Shown: in pieces, positions 20,583-31,051 of the stretch
How positions within the stretch are numbered: position 1 is the first letter of the stretch
How the letters are laid out: each line of letters opens with the position of its first letter
NCBI GenBank assembly: GCA_048937405.1
Contig: JBHLNF010000007.1
Location: 32,001-96,000, forward strand
Length of the DNA: 64,000 nucleotides
From: Promethearchaeota archaeon
GTDB taxonomy: Archaea > Asgardarchaeota > Lokiarchaeia > Sigyniarchaeales > SOKP01
Direction of reading: 5' to 3'
The notes under the pieces: generated by a model
Seen by the model: the letters and a program-made list of their open reading frames with translations, nothing else
Database searches by the model: none
Told to the model about the DNA's origin: nothing
Made by a program: the position numbers and the translations under genes

Positions 20583-22032
20583 GTGAACTACACACAGCCT
20601 AAAGGCTGTGGCTTCCTACGAGTGCACAACCGCTTCTATTACGGGTTGGCCTGTATGTCGTAGAAAACCATTCCATTGTGAGAGGAATGATTCCTCGTTC
20701 ACGGAGGATTCATGCGATAAGAAATCGAATTTATGTTTCTCTGACAAAAACCGGATCATGATATTGATTGCTGAGTTGAGATCTCGGTCAATACGATTTC
20801 CACAGTCACAAGTAATACTTCTCTCGAAAATTACCCTCTTTTCGAGCTTTCCACATTTACAGCAAGCTCTTGTGGTCTTGGATTCATCAATTCTTATTAC
20901 TTTTTTACCTATTTTTTCCGCTTTGTAGGTTAAGAATTCGACAAATCGTGACAAGTAGCCTGTGTTGTGAACCGAATGGTTGAGTGTGTTATTTAATCTA
21001 TTTTTTTTAGCATTACCCGTTCCTTTCTTCTTTTGAGCCATCTGTTTTACTTTTAAGTCTCCAACAATAATCGTATTCGCTTTAGTATTAGATACAATTT
21101 GGTTTGAGAGCCAATGCTGGAAATCTTTCAGCTGATAAGAGCATTTTTTAATCATCCGAAGCAGTTTTGAATTATACCATTGCCATTTATTACTGTATCT
21201 CTTACAATGATCTCGTTTTGAGTGTACTTCTTCTATCTTTTTTTTCCAATAGAGGTCTACTCTTCTGTGAGTGAATTGCACTGAGTTTCTAGAAAGGTTT
21301 ACCCCGACTGTTTGGTTTATTCCTAAATCAAATGCTTGATATGAGCGATTATCATGATATTCAGGTACTTTGACATCGTATGTGAGGGAAATATACCATC
21401 TCTCATCAGACTGAAAAAGTTCTGCTTGCTTAATAGTCCCTTGAGGAATGAGATGAGATGGAACTTCAAATTCAAGCACTATGTTTGAAGGATGTTTATG
21501 AGAGAAGAGGATTGAACTCTCTTGTAATTTAAAGCCAGACTGATTATAACAAAGGGTGGTGAAATACTTCTTCCCTTTAAATCGGGGGGGTTTTGCATCT
21601 TTATCTCCCTTTTTCCATAGCACAAAGAAGGATTTATAGTTTGCCTCGAGTTTTTTCAGTATTGTTTGGAGAACCTTCGAATATACCCACTTATATTCGG
21701 GAAATTTCTCTTTTAACTCCGGTAATGCTCTTGATTGAATAAGATAATCAATATAATGACGTTTTTCTCGTAGAAGATTCTCATTTTTGTGCCAATTTTC
21801 CATTCGTTCCGCTAACGCAAAATTATATAAAAGACGGCATTTCTCCGATAAGATCCAAAGAAGGAGTTCTTGCCTTTTATTTGGGAATATCCTAATTCTA
21901 TGCGTTAGTTTCATTTCTGTAATGATAGTACACCACAAATTAAAAAAGAGGAGTGTATCATTATTTAGTGATTTTCTCTTCATACGTAATTTATCCCTTC
22001 TCTAAAGGGAAGTGTATTTTTGAGCTTTTCTG
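20583..22032 (-). mobile_element. IS200/IS605-family tnpB-only (IS1341-like) element
   Basis: Minus strand right end GAAGCCACAGCCTTTAGGCTGTGTGTAGTTCAC (hairpin + TCAC); left end CAGAAAAG...CTTCCCTTTAGAGAAGGGATAAATT preceded by TTTAT (22033-22037, putative TAM); no tnpA. Confidence 0.85.
20616..21914 (-). CDS. tnpB: RNA-guided endonuclease TnpB
   Basis: HTH start MKLTHRIRIFPN (ATG 21914; track start 21983), PPRFK, RuvC-I AFDLG, IVGDL, IDESKTT, CCKCG/CDCG Zn finger, RuvC-III DRDLNSAINI. Confidence 0.95.
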   Translation of the reverse strand: MKLTHRIRIFPNKRQELLLWILSEKCRLLYNFALAERMENWHKNENLLREKRHYIDYLIQSRALPELKEKFPEYKWVYSKVLQTILKKLEANYKSFFVLWKKGDKDAKPPRFKGKKYFTTLCYNQSGFKLQESSILFSHKHPSNIVLEFEVPSHLIPQGTIKQAELFQSDERWYISLTYDVKVPEYHDNRSYQAFDLGINQTVGVNLSRNSVQFTHRRVDLYWKKKIEEVHSKRDHCKRYSNKWQWYNSKLLRMIKKCSYQLKDFQHWLSNQIVSNTKANTIIVGDLKVKQMAQKKKGTGNAKKNRLNNTLNHSVHNTGYLSRFVEFLTYKAEKIGKKVIRIDESKTTRACCKCGKLEKRVIFERSITCDCGNRIDRDLNSAINIMIRFLSEKHKFDFLSHESSVNEESFLSQWNGFLRHTGQPVIEAVVHS

Positions 22033-22094
22033 ATAAATTTTAAGAGAATGCTAATTTTCTACAGTGTCTTCTTATAAATAAAAAAAATGTTCTT

Positions 22095-23957
22095 TTGTTA
22101 ATAATAAATGATTTAATTACATTTTTCAATACTTATTATAATTGCATTTCAGCAAGTAGAAAATTGAAAGTTAATAATTTGAATGAAAAAGCAATTCTTA
22201 TCCTAGAATTGGTTAAATCTGGTATTAATGTAACTCCATCAATTTTAGATTTTTTCCTAAAATTAGATGATCCTGTAAAAAAAATTAAATCAGTGATTAA
22301 AAATATCAGTTTTTTGCCTGATTTTAATAGTCATCTTACAATTGATGTTTTACAAAAAATATCTGATGAGGAAATGCAAAAGGCACTGCAAAAAGTGCTT
22401 AAAAAAGATACAGATTCGAAAATAATTAAGAAGGAAAAAGAAATATCTGGTGAAAATAATCAAGTAACAACTTCACCGAATATAAAATCCCCAGTAAAAT
22501 CTAAATTAAAAATAAATAGTAATTCTTTAGAATATTCAAATTATAATAATTATTTAGAAAATCAAGTGGATTCTTTAAATCTAATTAATACTAAAATAAA
22601 AACACCCCCCTCCCCAATTAAAAAAGTTTCAGAAATAAAGTCTATTGAAGGATCAAAATCAACACTTAGATTTAAACCTATAGCAAAAGATTATGATTCA
22701 AATTTTAAGATTTTAAAAGATCCTACAGGTAAATTATATACAAATGGAGATTTTGAAGATTTTTATAATTTAACTCTTGATAAATTTAACAGACTTCGGA
22801 ATTTAATGAGAAAAAAACCAGAAGTACTTTCTGCGAATAATATAAATAATATCTTACGATTAACGAATAAAGTTGAAGTTTCTGTAATTGGATTGGTAAA
22901 TGAAATTCGGAAAACTAAAAATAAAAATTTCTTTCTGACAATAGAAGATCTTACTGGTTCGGTTAGTGTCATTATCCGAAAAGATTCAGAAAATCAAGAA
23001 AATGTACATCTATCAAATAGGTTGATTAATGATCAAATGGTTTATATTGAAGGAACTTTCAATCCTGGTGAAAGAGGAAGAAATGGAGTTATTTATTGCA
23101 ATTATATTTCTAAAATTGATGTTCCAAAAAATTATGAACCAAATAAGTCACACGATCCATTATCTCTTGTTCTAATTTCTGATACTCACATTGGTAGCAA
23201 AGAATTCGAAGAAAAATTATGGAACCGATTTATTAATTTCCTGAATGGGAAAGTAGGAAATAAATCTCAAAGAGAAAAAGCAGGTAGAATTAAATATATA
23301 ATAATTAACGGTGATCTTGTTGATGGAATAGGTGTATACCCTACCCAACAAAGTGATCTTATAATATCAGATATATACAAACAATTTGAAGAAGCAGCAA
23401 AACTTCTTTCAGGAATCCCAGATCATATAAAAATATTTTTTAGTTCTGGAAATCATGAACCAGTAAGAAATGCAATTCCAAGGCCCTCAGTACCAAAGAA
23501 GTATTCCTTAGAACTTCGAAATCAGGAAGTTACTTGTGTAGGCAATCCTTCTATTATTCAAACACACAATGTCAAAACACTAGTATTTCATGGAGACAGT
23601 ATACTCGATTTAAATATGTTAATACCTGGTCTAGAAAATAATAAACCAGTAGATACAATGAAAGAATTACTCATATGTCGACATTTAGCCCCAATTTATG
23701 GAAAGAAAACACAAATAGCTCCTGTAGACAAAGATTGGCTTGTAATAGATAAAATCCCTGATATTTTTCATACAGGGCATGTTCATATTAATGGTATGGG
23801 GTCATATTGCAACATTGTCTTAGTAAATTCAGGATGCTTTCAAAGTCAAACAGAATTTATGAACTCCTTAGGTATTAAACCTACTCCTGGTATTTTATCT
23901 ATTATTGATTTGGATACTCTTAAAGGTACTCAATTAGACTTAAAAAGTAGTGTTTAA
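22095..23957 (+). CDS. polB: DNA polymerase D small (exonuclease) subunit DP1
   Basis: OB fold (IEDLTG), ISDTHIGS, GDLVDGIGVYP, GNHE, FHG, HTGHVH, NSGCFQ; true start may be about 22179. Confidence 0.96.
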   Translation: MLIINDLITFFNTYYNCISASRKLKVNNLNEKAILILELVKSGINVTPSILDFFLKLDDPVKKIKSVIKNISFLPDFNSHLTIDVLQKISDEEMQKALQKVLKKDTDSKIIKKEKEISGENNQVTTSPNIKSPVKSKLKINSNSLEYSNYNNYLENQVDSLNLINTKIKTPPSPIKKVSEIKSIEGSKSTLRFKPIAKDYDSNFKILKDPTGKLYTNGDFEDFYNLTLDKFNRLRNLMRKKPEVLSANNINNILRLTNKVEVSVIGLVNEIRKTKNKNFFLTIEDLTGSVSVIIRKDSENQENVHLSNRLINDQMVYIEGTFNPGERGRNGVIYCNYISKIDVPKNYEPNKSHDPLSLVLISDTHIGSKEFEEKLWNRFINFLNGKVGNKSQREKAGRIKYIIINGDLVDGIGVYPTQQSDLIISDIYKQFEEAAKLLSGIPDHIKIFFSSGNHEPVRNAIPRPSVPKKYSLELRNQEVTCVGNPSIIQTHNVKTLVFHGDSILDLNMLIPGLENNKPVDTMKELLICRHLAPIYGKKTQIAPVDKDWLVIDKIPDIFHTGHVHINGMGSYCNIVLVNSGCFQSQTEFMNSLGIKPTPGILSIIDLDTLKGTQLDLKSSV

Positions 23958-23996
23958 TTATTCTTCTTAAATATTTAAATCAATAATAATTATGTT

Positions 23997-24680
23997 ATGA
24001 ATTTTTCAATTCCTCGTAATGACAATTCAGAAATGCTCTTTTATATTTGGAAAATAATTGATTTTCCAAGTATCTCACAAAATGAGTTGTTATATAAAAT
24101 TTCTTTTGAATTATTCCTTTTTACTCCTGATGAAGCAAAAATATTCATTGAAGAATGTATCCAAAATAAGATCCTTGAAAAGGATGATAATGAATCCCTT
24201 AAATTATCAAAAACTCTAAACAAAAAATTTCAAACTTGGCAAATAGATAGGAAAAATTCAATTTTAAAAAAAATTAGTGTTACTAAAGAAATTACTCAAC
24301 AGCAGAATGATACTGATGATAATAAAACTACAAATTTCAATGTATTAATTAATAGTTTTACTGACAGAGCAACATTGAATAGATCTGTTTCAATATCTGA
24401 TACTTCATTTGAACTATTAGAATATGATACTAATAAAGGCATAATTAAATCAAAAGTAAAAGGAACAAAAGAGGAACAATACATAATAGAAATAAATACT
24501 AATGAAAAAATTCTACGGCATAATTGCCACGATTTTAAGACAAGAAGAGCAGATAATAAAAAATTTTGTAAGCATCTAGCAAAATTGTTTATATTATTAA
24601 AAAACAAGAATAAGAATACCGCAGAATTCTTTCTTAACAATATTGCAGAAAATATAGATAAATGGGATTTTTCTGCTTAA
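23997..24680 (+). CDS. DUF2240-like wHTH + SWIM Zn-finger protein
   Basis: ISFELFLFTPDEAKIFIEEC (DUF2240-like); HNCHDF...FCKHL SWIM-type motif. Confidence 0.7.
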   Translation: MNFSIPRNDNSEMLFYIWKIIDFPSISQNELLYKISFELFLFTPDEAKIFIEECIQNKILEKDDNESLKLSKTLNKKFQTWQIDRKNSILKKISVTKEITQQQNDTDDNKTTNFNVLINSFTDRATLNRSVSISDTSFELLEYDTNKGIIKSKVKGTKEEQYIIEINTNEKILRHNCHDFKTRRADNKKFCKHLAKLFILLKNKNKNTAEFFLNNIAENIDKWDFSA

Positions 24681-25984
24681 ATTAACTTCTTGAATATATT
24701 ATTTTTTAATTTAATCTTGTCAGATTGAATAAAGATTGGTTTATGGTTTAAGATGATTTTAACTTTATCAATCTCCAGTAAGCATTTTTCAATAAGCTCA
24801 ATTTCAATATCTAATTTAATTATCTTAGTTCTTCCGTAATGTCCCATAGATTTAACATCAGCAGAAATTATTCCTGCTAGGGTTAATTCATTAATATAAT
24901 CACTTATCCTTCTCTTAGTTAATTGCCTAACACCAGGTATTAGTCCCCTTATCTCTGAATACACATCATATATATCACCCGAAATAATAATATGGTCTGG
25001 ACTGAATTTTAAAATCAAATAAATCGATGTTAAAACCAATTGTGCCTGCAATGGCATACCTTTTATATATTCAATAATGTAATCGTTTTCTAAATCTCCT
25101 TGGGCGTTCTCTACATGTTTGACTGTTACTATCCTATTTTGAGCTCTTTCAGCTAATTCACCTGCCTTTCTTAACAATTGAAGGGCTTTTCGAGCATCAC
25201 CATGTTCCTTAGCAGCAAGAGCAGCGCATAATGGAATAACCTCCTCCTTTAAAACATTTTCTTGAAAAGCAATTTTTGCCCTTTCAGTTAAAATATCTCT
25301 TAATTCACTAGCATCATATGATGGAAATACAATATGTTCCTCACCAAGACTCGATAGTATTCTCGGGTCCAAGTTTTCTCTAAACTTTAACTTATTTGAA
25401 ATACCTATTATACTGGTTTTACAGTTATCCAGATTCTCATTTAGTCTAGTTAAATCATACAAGATTTCGTTTCCTCCCTTTTTACCAACTAAAATGTCTA
25501 TTTCATCCAAAACTAAAAAACAAATTGAATTCCCAACTTTTGAATCCAATAATCCTAGTAGCTTTTTGAAAATTATATCTTTAGGCAACCCTGTAGGTGG
25601 GATCTTTTCACTTCTCGATATAGTGTTAAAAATATGGGCTAAAATGCGGTATGGCGTTGATACAACATTACAATTAATATAAATCCACCACGGATTAATT
25701 CTGGAATCTTGTTGAGCTAATTTTTGACTCACGTATCTAATAGTGGCAGTTTTTCCTGTACCTGTCATCCCATAACATAAAAAACTTGGAGGTGTATCTC
25801 CTAATAATGCGCAAGCTGTTTTTTCAGCAATATCCCTAATCTGAGTATCACGATGAGGCAAATCTTCAGGAATATATGAAGATTCTAAAGCATCCCTATT
25901 GCTAAAAATTCTTGGTCCTTTAAGATAGTTTTTGTAAAATTTCTCGATATTAAATTGATAATTATTATTTTGATTCTTCAACAA
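24677..25984 (-). CDS. cdc6: Orc1/Cdc6 replication initiator
   Basis: YIPEDLPHRD, GMTGTGKT, VLDEID, HGDARKAL, C-terminal wHTH with GHYGRT. Confidence 0.97.
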   Translation of the reverse strand: MLKNQNNNYQFNIEKFYKNYLKGPRIFSNRDALESSYIPEDLPHRDTQIRDIAEKTACALLGDTPPSFLCYGMTGTGKTATIRYVSQKLAQQDSRINPWWIYINCNVVSTPYRILAHIFNTISRSEKIPPTGLPKDIIFKKLLGLLDSKVGNSICFLVLDEIDILVGKKGGNEILYDLTRLNENLDNCKTSIIGISNKLKFRENLDPRILSSLGEEHIVFPSYDASELRDILTERAKIAFQENVLKEEVIPLCAALAAKEHGDARKALQLLRKAGELAERAQNRIVTVKHVENAQGDLENDYIIEYIKGMPLQAQLVLTSIYLILKFSPDHIIISGDIYDVYSEIRGLIPGVRQLTKRRISDYINELTLAGIISADVKSMGHYGRTKIIKLDIEIELIEKCLLEIDKVKIILNHKPIFIQSDKIKLKNNIFKKLI

Positions 25985-26021
25985 TTATAACACCTTTATT
26001 TCATATTTATCATAGATATAT

Positions 26022-26034
26022 TTGCACTCGAAAT
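26022..26034 (+). promoter_or_regulatory. Possible mini-ORB-like Orc1/Cdc6 binding site
   Basis: TTGCACTCGAAAT fits YTNCANNNGAAA; lies just upstream of cdc6 next to ~250 bp of very AT-rich DNA; single copy only. Confidence 0.3.
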
Positions 26035-26292
26035 TTTTGAATATTTACTTTATTTCTATTGCATATTTAAAATTAATTATTAATCTAAAAAATGTTAAAG
26101 CTTTAATAGATAAATTAGACGAATCTTCTCAATAATTTATATTATTATTGTCGGTATTTTAAAAGAATATTATTTATGAAGCAATATTTATTAAATTCCT
26201 ATTAAAAAATTGATTTTTCAATTAAAAAAAGTTTAATTTAATTAACTATTTGTTTAATTATTCTTTTTCTAAATTTAAAGAGATTTATACTT

Positions 26293-27063
26293 TTGCCATC
26301 CGAAAGGAACTTGACAAATATAGAAAAAAAAAATAAAAGAATAGCTTTTATTTTAGCAATAACTTTCGTATGTTTGATTTTAACTAGTTTTCTCCTAATA
26401 ACCTTTTTATTTAAATGGGCAGATTGGATTGCTTTATTAATATTTAGTCTTTTATTGATTTTTCCCGCATATATATCAAACGCTTCAATGGTTATTACCG
26501 GTGGAGGAAATCCTATTGATGGTGGAAGAAATTTCCGAGATGGTAGGAGAATTTTTGGAGATCATAAGACCTGGAATGGATTAAAAGGACCATTATATAT
26601 TGGAATTCCAATATCATTTTTTCTTTTTTTTCTTTTTTTCATGCTTTGGTTGCCTATTAAAGATCTAATATTTGATGCTTTTGCCCATGATCATTATTCG
26701 ATCTATGATAATGTTGAAATTTTTCAATATTATTTTATAGGTGGAGAATTCCCAATAAATTTTCTTGTCTTAATTATAAGAATAATACTTGCATCATATG
26801 GGGCTGCTATAGGGGATCTGATTGGTTCCTTTTTAAAGAGGAGATTTGATATTAAAAGTGGAGCTCCTTTTTGGATTGTAGATCAATTAGATTTCGCGAT
26901 ATTCGCTTTACTGCTTGTTTCAATCCCTGGATTTATCCTACCAGATCTCTTTATTTTACCTGATGTTTTTATTGTAACCTTTTTGATTATTTTAACCCCA
27001 GCAGTTAGTGTAATAGCAAACACATTGGCATATATCATCGGATTAAAAGATGTTCCATGGTAG
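26293..27063 (+). CDS. carS: CDP-archaeol synthase
   Basis: PAYISNAS, PIDGG...DGRRIFGDHKTW, GDLIGSFLKRR, DQLDF, GLKDVPW. Confidence 0.95.
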   Translation: MPSERNLTNIEKKNKRIAFILAITFVCLILTSFLLITFLFKWADWIALLIFSLLLIFPAYISNASMVITGGGNPIDGGRNFRDGRRIFGDHKTWNGLKGPLYIGIPISFFLFFLFFMLWLPIKDLIFDAFAHDHYSIYDNVEIFQYYFIGGEFPINFLVLIIRIILASYGAAIGDLIGSFLKRRFDIKSGAPFWIVDQLDFAIFALLLVSIPGFILPDLFILPDVFIVTFLIILTPAVSVIANTLAYIIGLKDVPW

Positions 27064-27080
27064 AGATGTGAAAATTTAGT

Positions 27081-27581
27081 CTAATTTTTGAATTTACACT
27101 TAATTTTCAAAGGTATATTATTATTTTCAAATATAACATATTTTTCAAAAATTTGATTAACTGCTCTAATATAATCTCCATTACGACCGATAGCAATACC
27201 TCTTTCTTTAAAAAATAGAAAATATATAGAAATTTCCCTTGCCCCAGATATCTCATCAAGCTCAATTTTTATATCATCAATATTCAAATCAGGGAATAAA
27301 CTAAACAAAAGATTAATGAGTATTCTTTCTGTTCTGATAATAATAATCTTTCTTAGACTAATTTGTCTTCTCATTGCTTTTAAATGAATTTGAGATTTAA
27401 GATAATCTTTTTTTTTAACAAAAAAGAAGATAAATTCGTTAATTACAATAATAAATTCTGGATATATTCCTTCTGTTTTTTGAGCAAAATATTCACGTAA
27501 TTTTAATTCGAAGTTTGTATATCTTTTTATAAAAGATATTAATTGATATAAAATTAAATCATCAACAATCGTGTAGAACAT
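27081..27581 (-). CDS. NusA-like KH-domain protein
   Basis: ERGIAIGRNGDYIRAVN KH motif; divergent N-terminus. Confidence 0.65.
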   Translation of the reverse strand: MFYTIVDDLILYQLISFIKRYTNFELKLREYFAQKTEGIYPEFIIVINEFIFFFVKKKDYLKSQIHLKAMRRQISLRKIIIIRTERILINLLFSLFPDLNIDDIKIELDEISGAREISIYFLFFKERGIAIGRNGDYIRAVNQIFEKYVIFENNNIPLKIKCKFKN

Positions 27582-27700
27582 ACTACTATGATTTTTTCTA
27601 TTATCAATATAAAGTACTAAGAATTTTATATAATTACAAAAGTGTTATAAAATGTAGATATTAATATATAATAAAAATTCTTCATTAGGATCATCTAAAT

Positions 27701-28138
27701 ATGAAAAAATTCGGGTATAAATTCCTAGATCACACTGCGGATGTTTCAATCGAAAGTTGGGGCTCAAATTTAGAAGAAGCTTTTGAACAAACTGCCTATA
27801 GCTTAATAGAAACAATAACTCCAAACTTAAAATTAATATCTCCTATTACTCACAAAACTATTAAAATTGAAGCAGAGGATAAGGAAGCTTTACTCTTTGA
27901 TTTTCTATCAGAATTCCTCTATATATTTGATGTAGAACTATTAGTTTTCAATGATATCAAAGTCGAAAAAATCAAAAAAAGCCAAACAAAATATCAACTA
28001 ATAGCAAAAATTAAAGGAGAAAAGTTTGATAAAAAAAAACATGAAATAGGTTGTGAGGTAAAAGCGATCACTTATTCTTTTATTAATATTGAGGAAAAAA
28101 AGAATCATGTTAAAATTAATATTGTTTTTGATATCTAA
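27701..28138 (+). CDS. Archease (RtcB activator)
   Basis: FLDHTADV, EVKAITY, IVFDI C-terminus; adjacent to rtcB. Confidence 0.96.
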   Translation: MKKFGYKFLDHTADVSIESWGSNLEEAFEQTAYSLIETITPNLKLISPITHKTIKIEAEDKEALLFDFLSEFLYIFDVELLVFNDIKVEKIKKSQTKYQLIAKIKGEKFDKKKHEIGCEVKAITYSFINIEEKKNHVKINIVFDI

Positions 28139-28208
28139 AAAAATCATGAATGAAAAGCTTGTTCCAAATTAATAATCTCAACAAGATAATAATATAATAA
28201 AAGATGGG

Positions 28209-29681
28209 TTAACCTTTCACTACTCCAATAGGAATAAGTCTTACCACTTTTTCTACAATCCCAAGATCATGACTTACTTGAACAACTTGATCTATATCCT
28301 TGTAAGCACCAGGAGCCTCTTCAGCAATAACTTTCATCGTAGCAGCTCGAACCATAATACCTTTTTTGCTTAGATCATCTTTAACTCGATCTCCCCAATA
28401 TTTCTTTGTTGCTTTGGATCTCGACATTACCCTCCCTGAACCATGAGCTGTCGAACCAAAAGAAAGATCCATTGCATTTTGCTTACCTACACATAGATAC
28501 GAGGCAGAACCCATAGTCCCCGGGATTAAAACTGGTTGTCCTATTGATTTATAATCATTCGATAAAGCAGGATGTTCAGGAGGAAAAGCTCTAGTTGCCC
28601 CTTTTCTATGAACATTCAATTTCATCTTCTTTCCATTTACTTTGTGTTCTTCTATTTTTAATATATTATGGCACACTCCATATATCAAATGCAAATCTAA
28701 TTCATCAATATCCTTTTTGAACGTATTTTGAAAGGATTCTCTTAACCAATGAGTAATAAGTTGACGATTTGTAAACCCAAAATTTGCAGCACAACCCATT
28801 TGTTTCAAATAATTCTGGGCTTCTGGTGTATCAGCAGGTACACAAGCTAACTCTCTATCAGGTACTTTAATATTATATTTTTTCATTGCTTGTTCGATAT
28901 TGCGTAATGAATCAGTACATACTTGATGACCAAGAGCTCTACTCCCTGTATGTATCATAACTGTAATTTTGTCTTTTCCATTTATACCTAACGTTTTGGC
29001 AATACTTTCATTGTATATTTTGTCAACCTTTTGAATTTCCAAAAAATGATTCCCACTCCCCAATGATCCTAGTTGTTTAATAGCTCGCTGCTTTGCTTTT
29101 TGTGAAACTAAACTTGCATCCACATCTTTTAAACATCCATTCTCCTCTAAATGTTTAAGATCTTCTTCAATGGCATAGTCGTTTTCTATTGCCCAGTTCA
29201 CACCATTATTTAGGACAGTATCTAAGTCAGAGTAACTTATACTAAGTTTACCTTTCGACCCTAATCCTGAAGGGATATTAGTAAAAATAGTATCTAAGAG
29301 ATTTGGCAAGACCCCCTTAATATCAGTAAGAGATAAATTTGATCTCAATAATCTTACTCCACAATTAATATCATATCCTACACCACCCGGAGAGATCATT
29401 CCATTCTCTGCATCTGTCCCCGCAACACCCCCAATACAAAATCCATATCCTTGATGAGCATCCGAAAGAGCTATCGCATGCTTCTCTATCCCGGGTAAAC
29501 AAGCAACATTGCATATTTGATCTAATGTACGATCTAATCGAATTTTTTCCAATATATATTCATTCGCATAAATTTTTACTGGAACCCTCATCTCAAATTT
29601 CTCAATATTCCCTTTAATCCTTGCCATTAAGGTTTTTGGAGGAATCTCGTAGACATTGTCTGCTATTTTAGTAACATTCAT
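28209..29681 (-). CDS. rtcB: tRNA-splicing ligase RtcB
   Basis: DAHQGYGF, GYDINCG, GSGNHF, HTGSR, HRKGAT, TAHGSGR, EEAPGAYK. Confidence 0.98.
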   Translation of the reverse strand: MNVTKIADNVYEIPPKTLMARIKGNIEKFEMRVPVKIYANEYILEKIRLDRTLDQICNVACLPGIEKHAIALSDAHQGYGFCIGGVAGTDAENGMISPGGVGYDINCGVRLLRSNLSLTDIKGVLPNLLDTIFTNIPSGLGSKGKLSISYSDLDTVLNNGVNWAIENDYAIEEDLKHLEENGCLKDVDASLVSQKAKQRAIKQLGSLGSGNHFLEIQKVDKIYNESIAKTLGINGKDKITVMIHTGSRALGHQVCTDSLRNIEQAMKKYNIKVPDRELACVPADTPEAQNYLKQMGCAANFGFTNRQLITHWLRESFQNTFKKDIDELDLHLIYGVCHNILKIEEHKVNGKKMKLNVHRKGATRAFPPEHPALSNDYKSIGQPVLIPGTMGSASYLCVGKQNAMDLSFGSTAHGSGRVMSRSKATKKYWGDRVKDDLSKKGIMVRAATMKVIAEEAPGAYKDIDQVVQVSHDLGIVEKVVRLIPIGVVKG

Positions 29682-29805
29682 CTTAACTTTACTAGTAAAA
29701 AAGATTTCAAAAATTTTTTTATTTAATCCTATAAGATCACTAAAATTAATATACTTAAATGAAATTTGTTAAAGAAAAAGAATAAAATATAAGGAACAAA
29801 CAAGT

Positions 29806-30531
29806 CTATTTTATATCTATATAAGAAACTAAGCCTAAATCATCTAAGGCTCCTATTAACCGCTGAATTTCTGTTTCCGGTCGTCCTGATTCCTCTGCAA
29901 TCTCTGCAATCGTATGAAAACCGTCTGCTAAATGAGCCACATTGAAATCTTGCTTATCTAAAAACCCTTGGGTTATCACTTGCTTCGGTAATCTTTTCGT
30001 CGTCCATTCCGGCTTCTGATCTCGTACCACTCGTAAGTCCTCCTCAGATAGCATCAATCCCTTCTTCGCAATGATCTTCTGCGATTTTTGAAAATCCTTC
30101 TTATATATCTTTAAAATGGGTAACTTCAATTGAATCTCGGCTAGTTTCCCATTGTCTAAAACCTCATCAATAATACTATCAAAATCTCGAAATATACGAA
30201 CATCTCCAGACCACTCATCAAGTTGATCCCCAAACTCATCGATAAATTTATCTATAATATCTGTGAGAGCTTTATGCGTAATCTTAGCATCATCATTTTT
30301 ATCCGCTGCAGCGGTTATCAGTACACCCTCCTTAAAGACTAACAACAGGTAAAATACCTGCATGTCAATCACTTTGAGTTCCCCGCTTCCTTTTGAGAAT
30401 TCTACAGAAAAATCTTTTAAAGCTGTGAGAAATCCACTAACCAAATCCTGGTTGAATTCTATACTTCCATATTTCCGATGAATTAGACATATTCCCGTAG
30501 TCTGATGTATAAGATAGACATTATGTAAAAT
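29806..30531 (-). CDS. Longin domain + C-terminal winged helix; ATT start
   Basis: AGGAGG SD, in-frame TAA, then ATT 30531 giving ILHNVYLIHQTTGICLIHRKYGSIEFNQDLVSGFLTAL (longin-like N-terminus); C-terminal ADGFHTIAEIAEESG...LDDLGLV wHTH. Confidence 0.82.
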   Translation of the reverse strand: MLHNVYLIHQTTGICLIHRKYGSIEFNQDLVSGFLTALKDFSVEFSKGSGELKVIDMQVFYLLLVFKEGVLITAAADKNDDAKITHKALTDIIDKFIDEFGDQLDEWSGDVRIFRDFDSIIDEVLDNGKLAEIQLKLPILKIYKKDFQKSQKIIAKKGLMLSEEDLRVVRDQKPEWTTKRLPKQVITQGFLDKQDFNVAHLADGFHTIAEIAEESGRPETEIQRLIGALDDLGLVSYIDIK

Positions 30532-31051
30532 TTCTAATTACCTCCTTGCTGTAATTGGAAAACTGGATAAATATATTCACACATTTAAACACACGATTTA
30601 CATTTTATGAATTTTAAATAAATTTTATTATACTTATATTAAACATATATATTCTTTATATTTTATAGTAATACTCCATCTATTTATAGTTAATTCATCT
30701 AAGGATGTTTGTGTTTAGTAGTCAAACCCTCTTCATTTTTTTGAAATTTACCGAATTTTATTGAGGAATTGTGTATTTGATATCGATGTTTTTTTATAGT
30801 TTCAATGTTTTGGGCAGTATTCTGCTTTATAATTTAACAGTTTAATATAATTAAATAATTTTAATTATATAAAAGGCATTGGAATGATTTTGAAGTTTTT
30901 TTGATAAATTGTGTCTAATGAGATTCCAAAAAATAGAGACCAGTATCTCCCTTTTTTCTTATTAACTTCTTTTATGAACGAATTTGAATTATATCGATTT
31001 AAACAAACAATCGAAAAGTAATTTTGTTATTAATATAAAAAGAAAAAAAAA

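Noticed and set aside
16952-29681. Inteins in DP2, Cdc6 or RtcB
   Set aside because: Lengths are normal and no intein splice motifs were seen.
30550-31050. 500-bp intergenic gap as ncRNA or hidden gene
   Set aside because: AT-rich, with no convincing ORF, stable structure or repeat found by eye.
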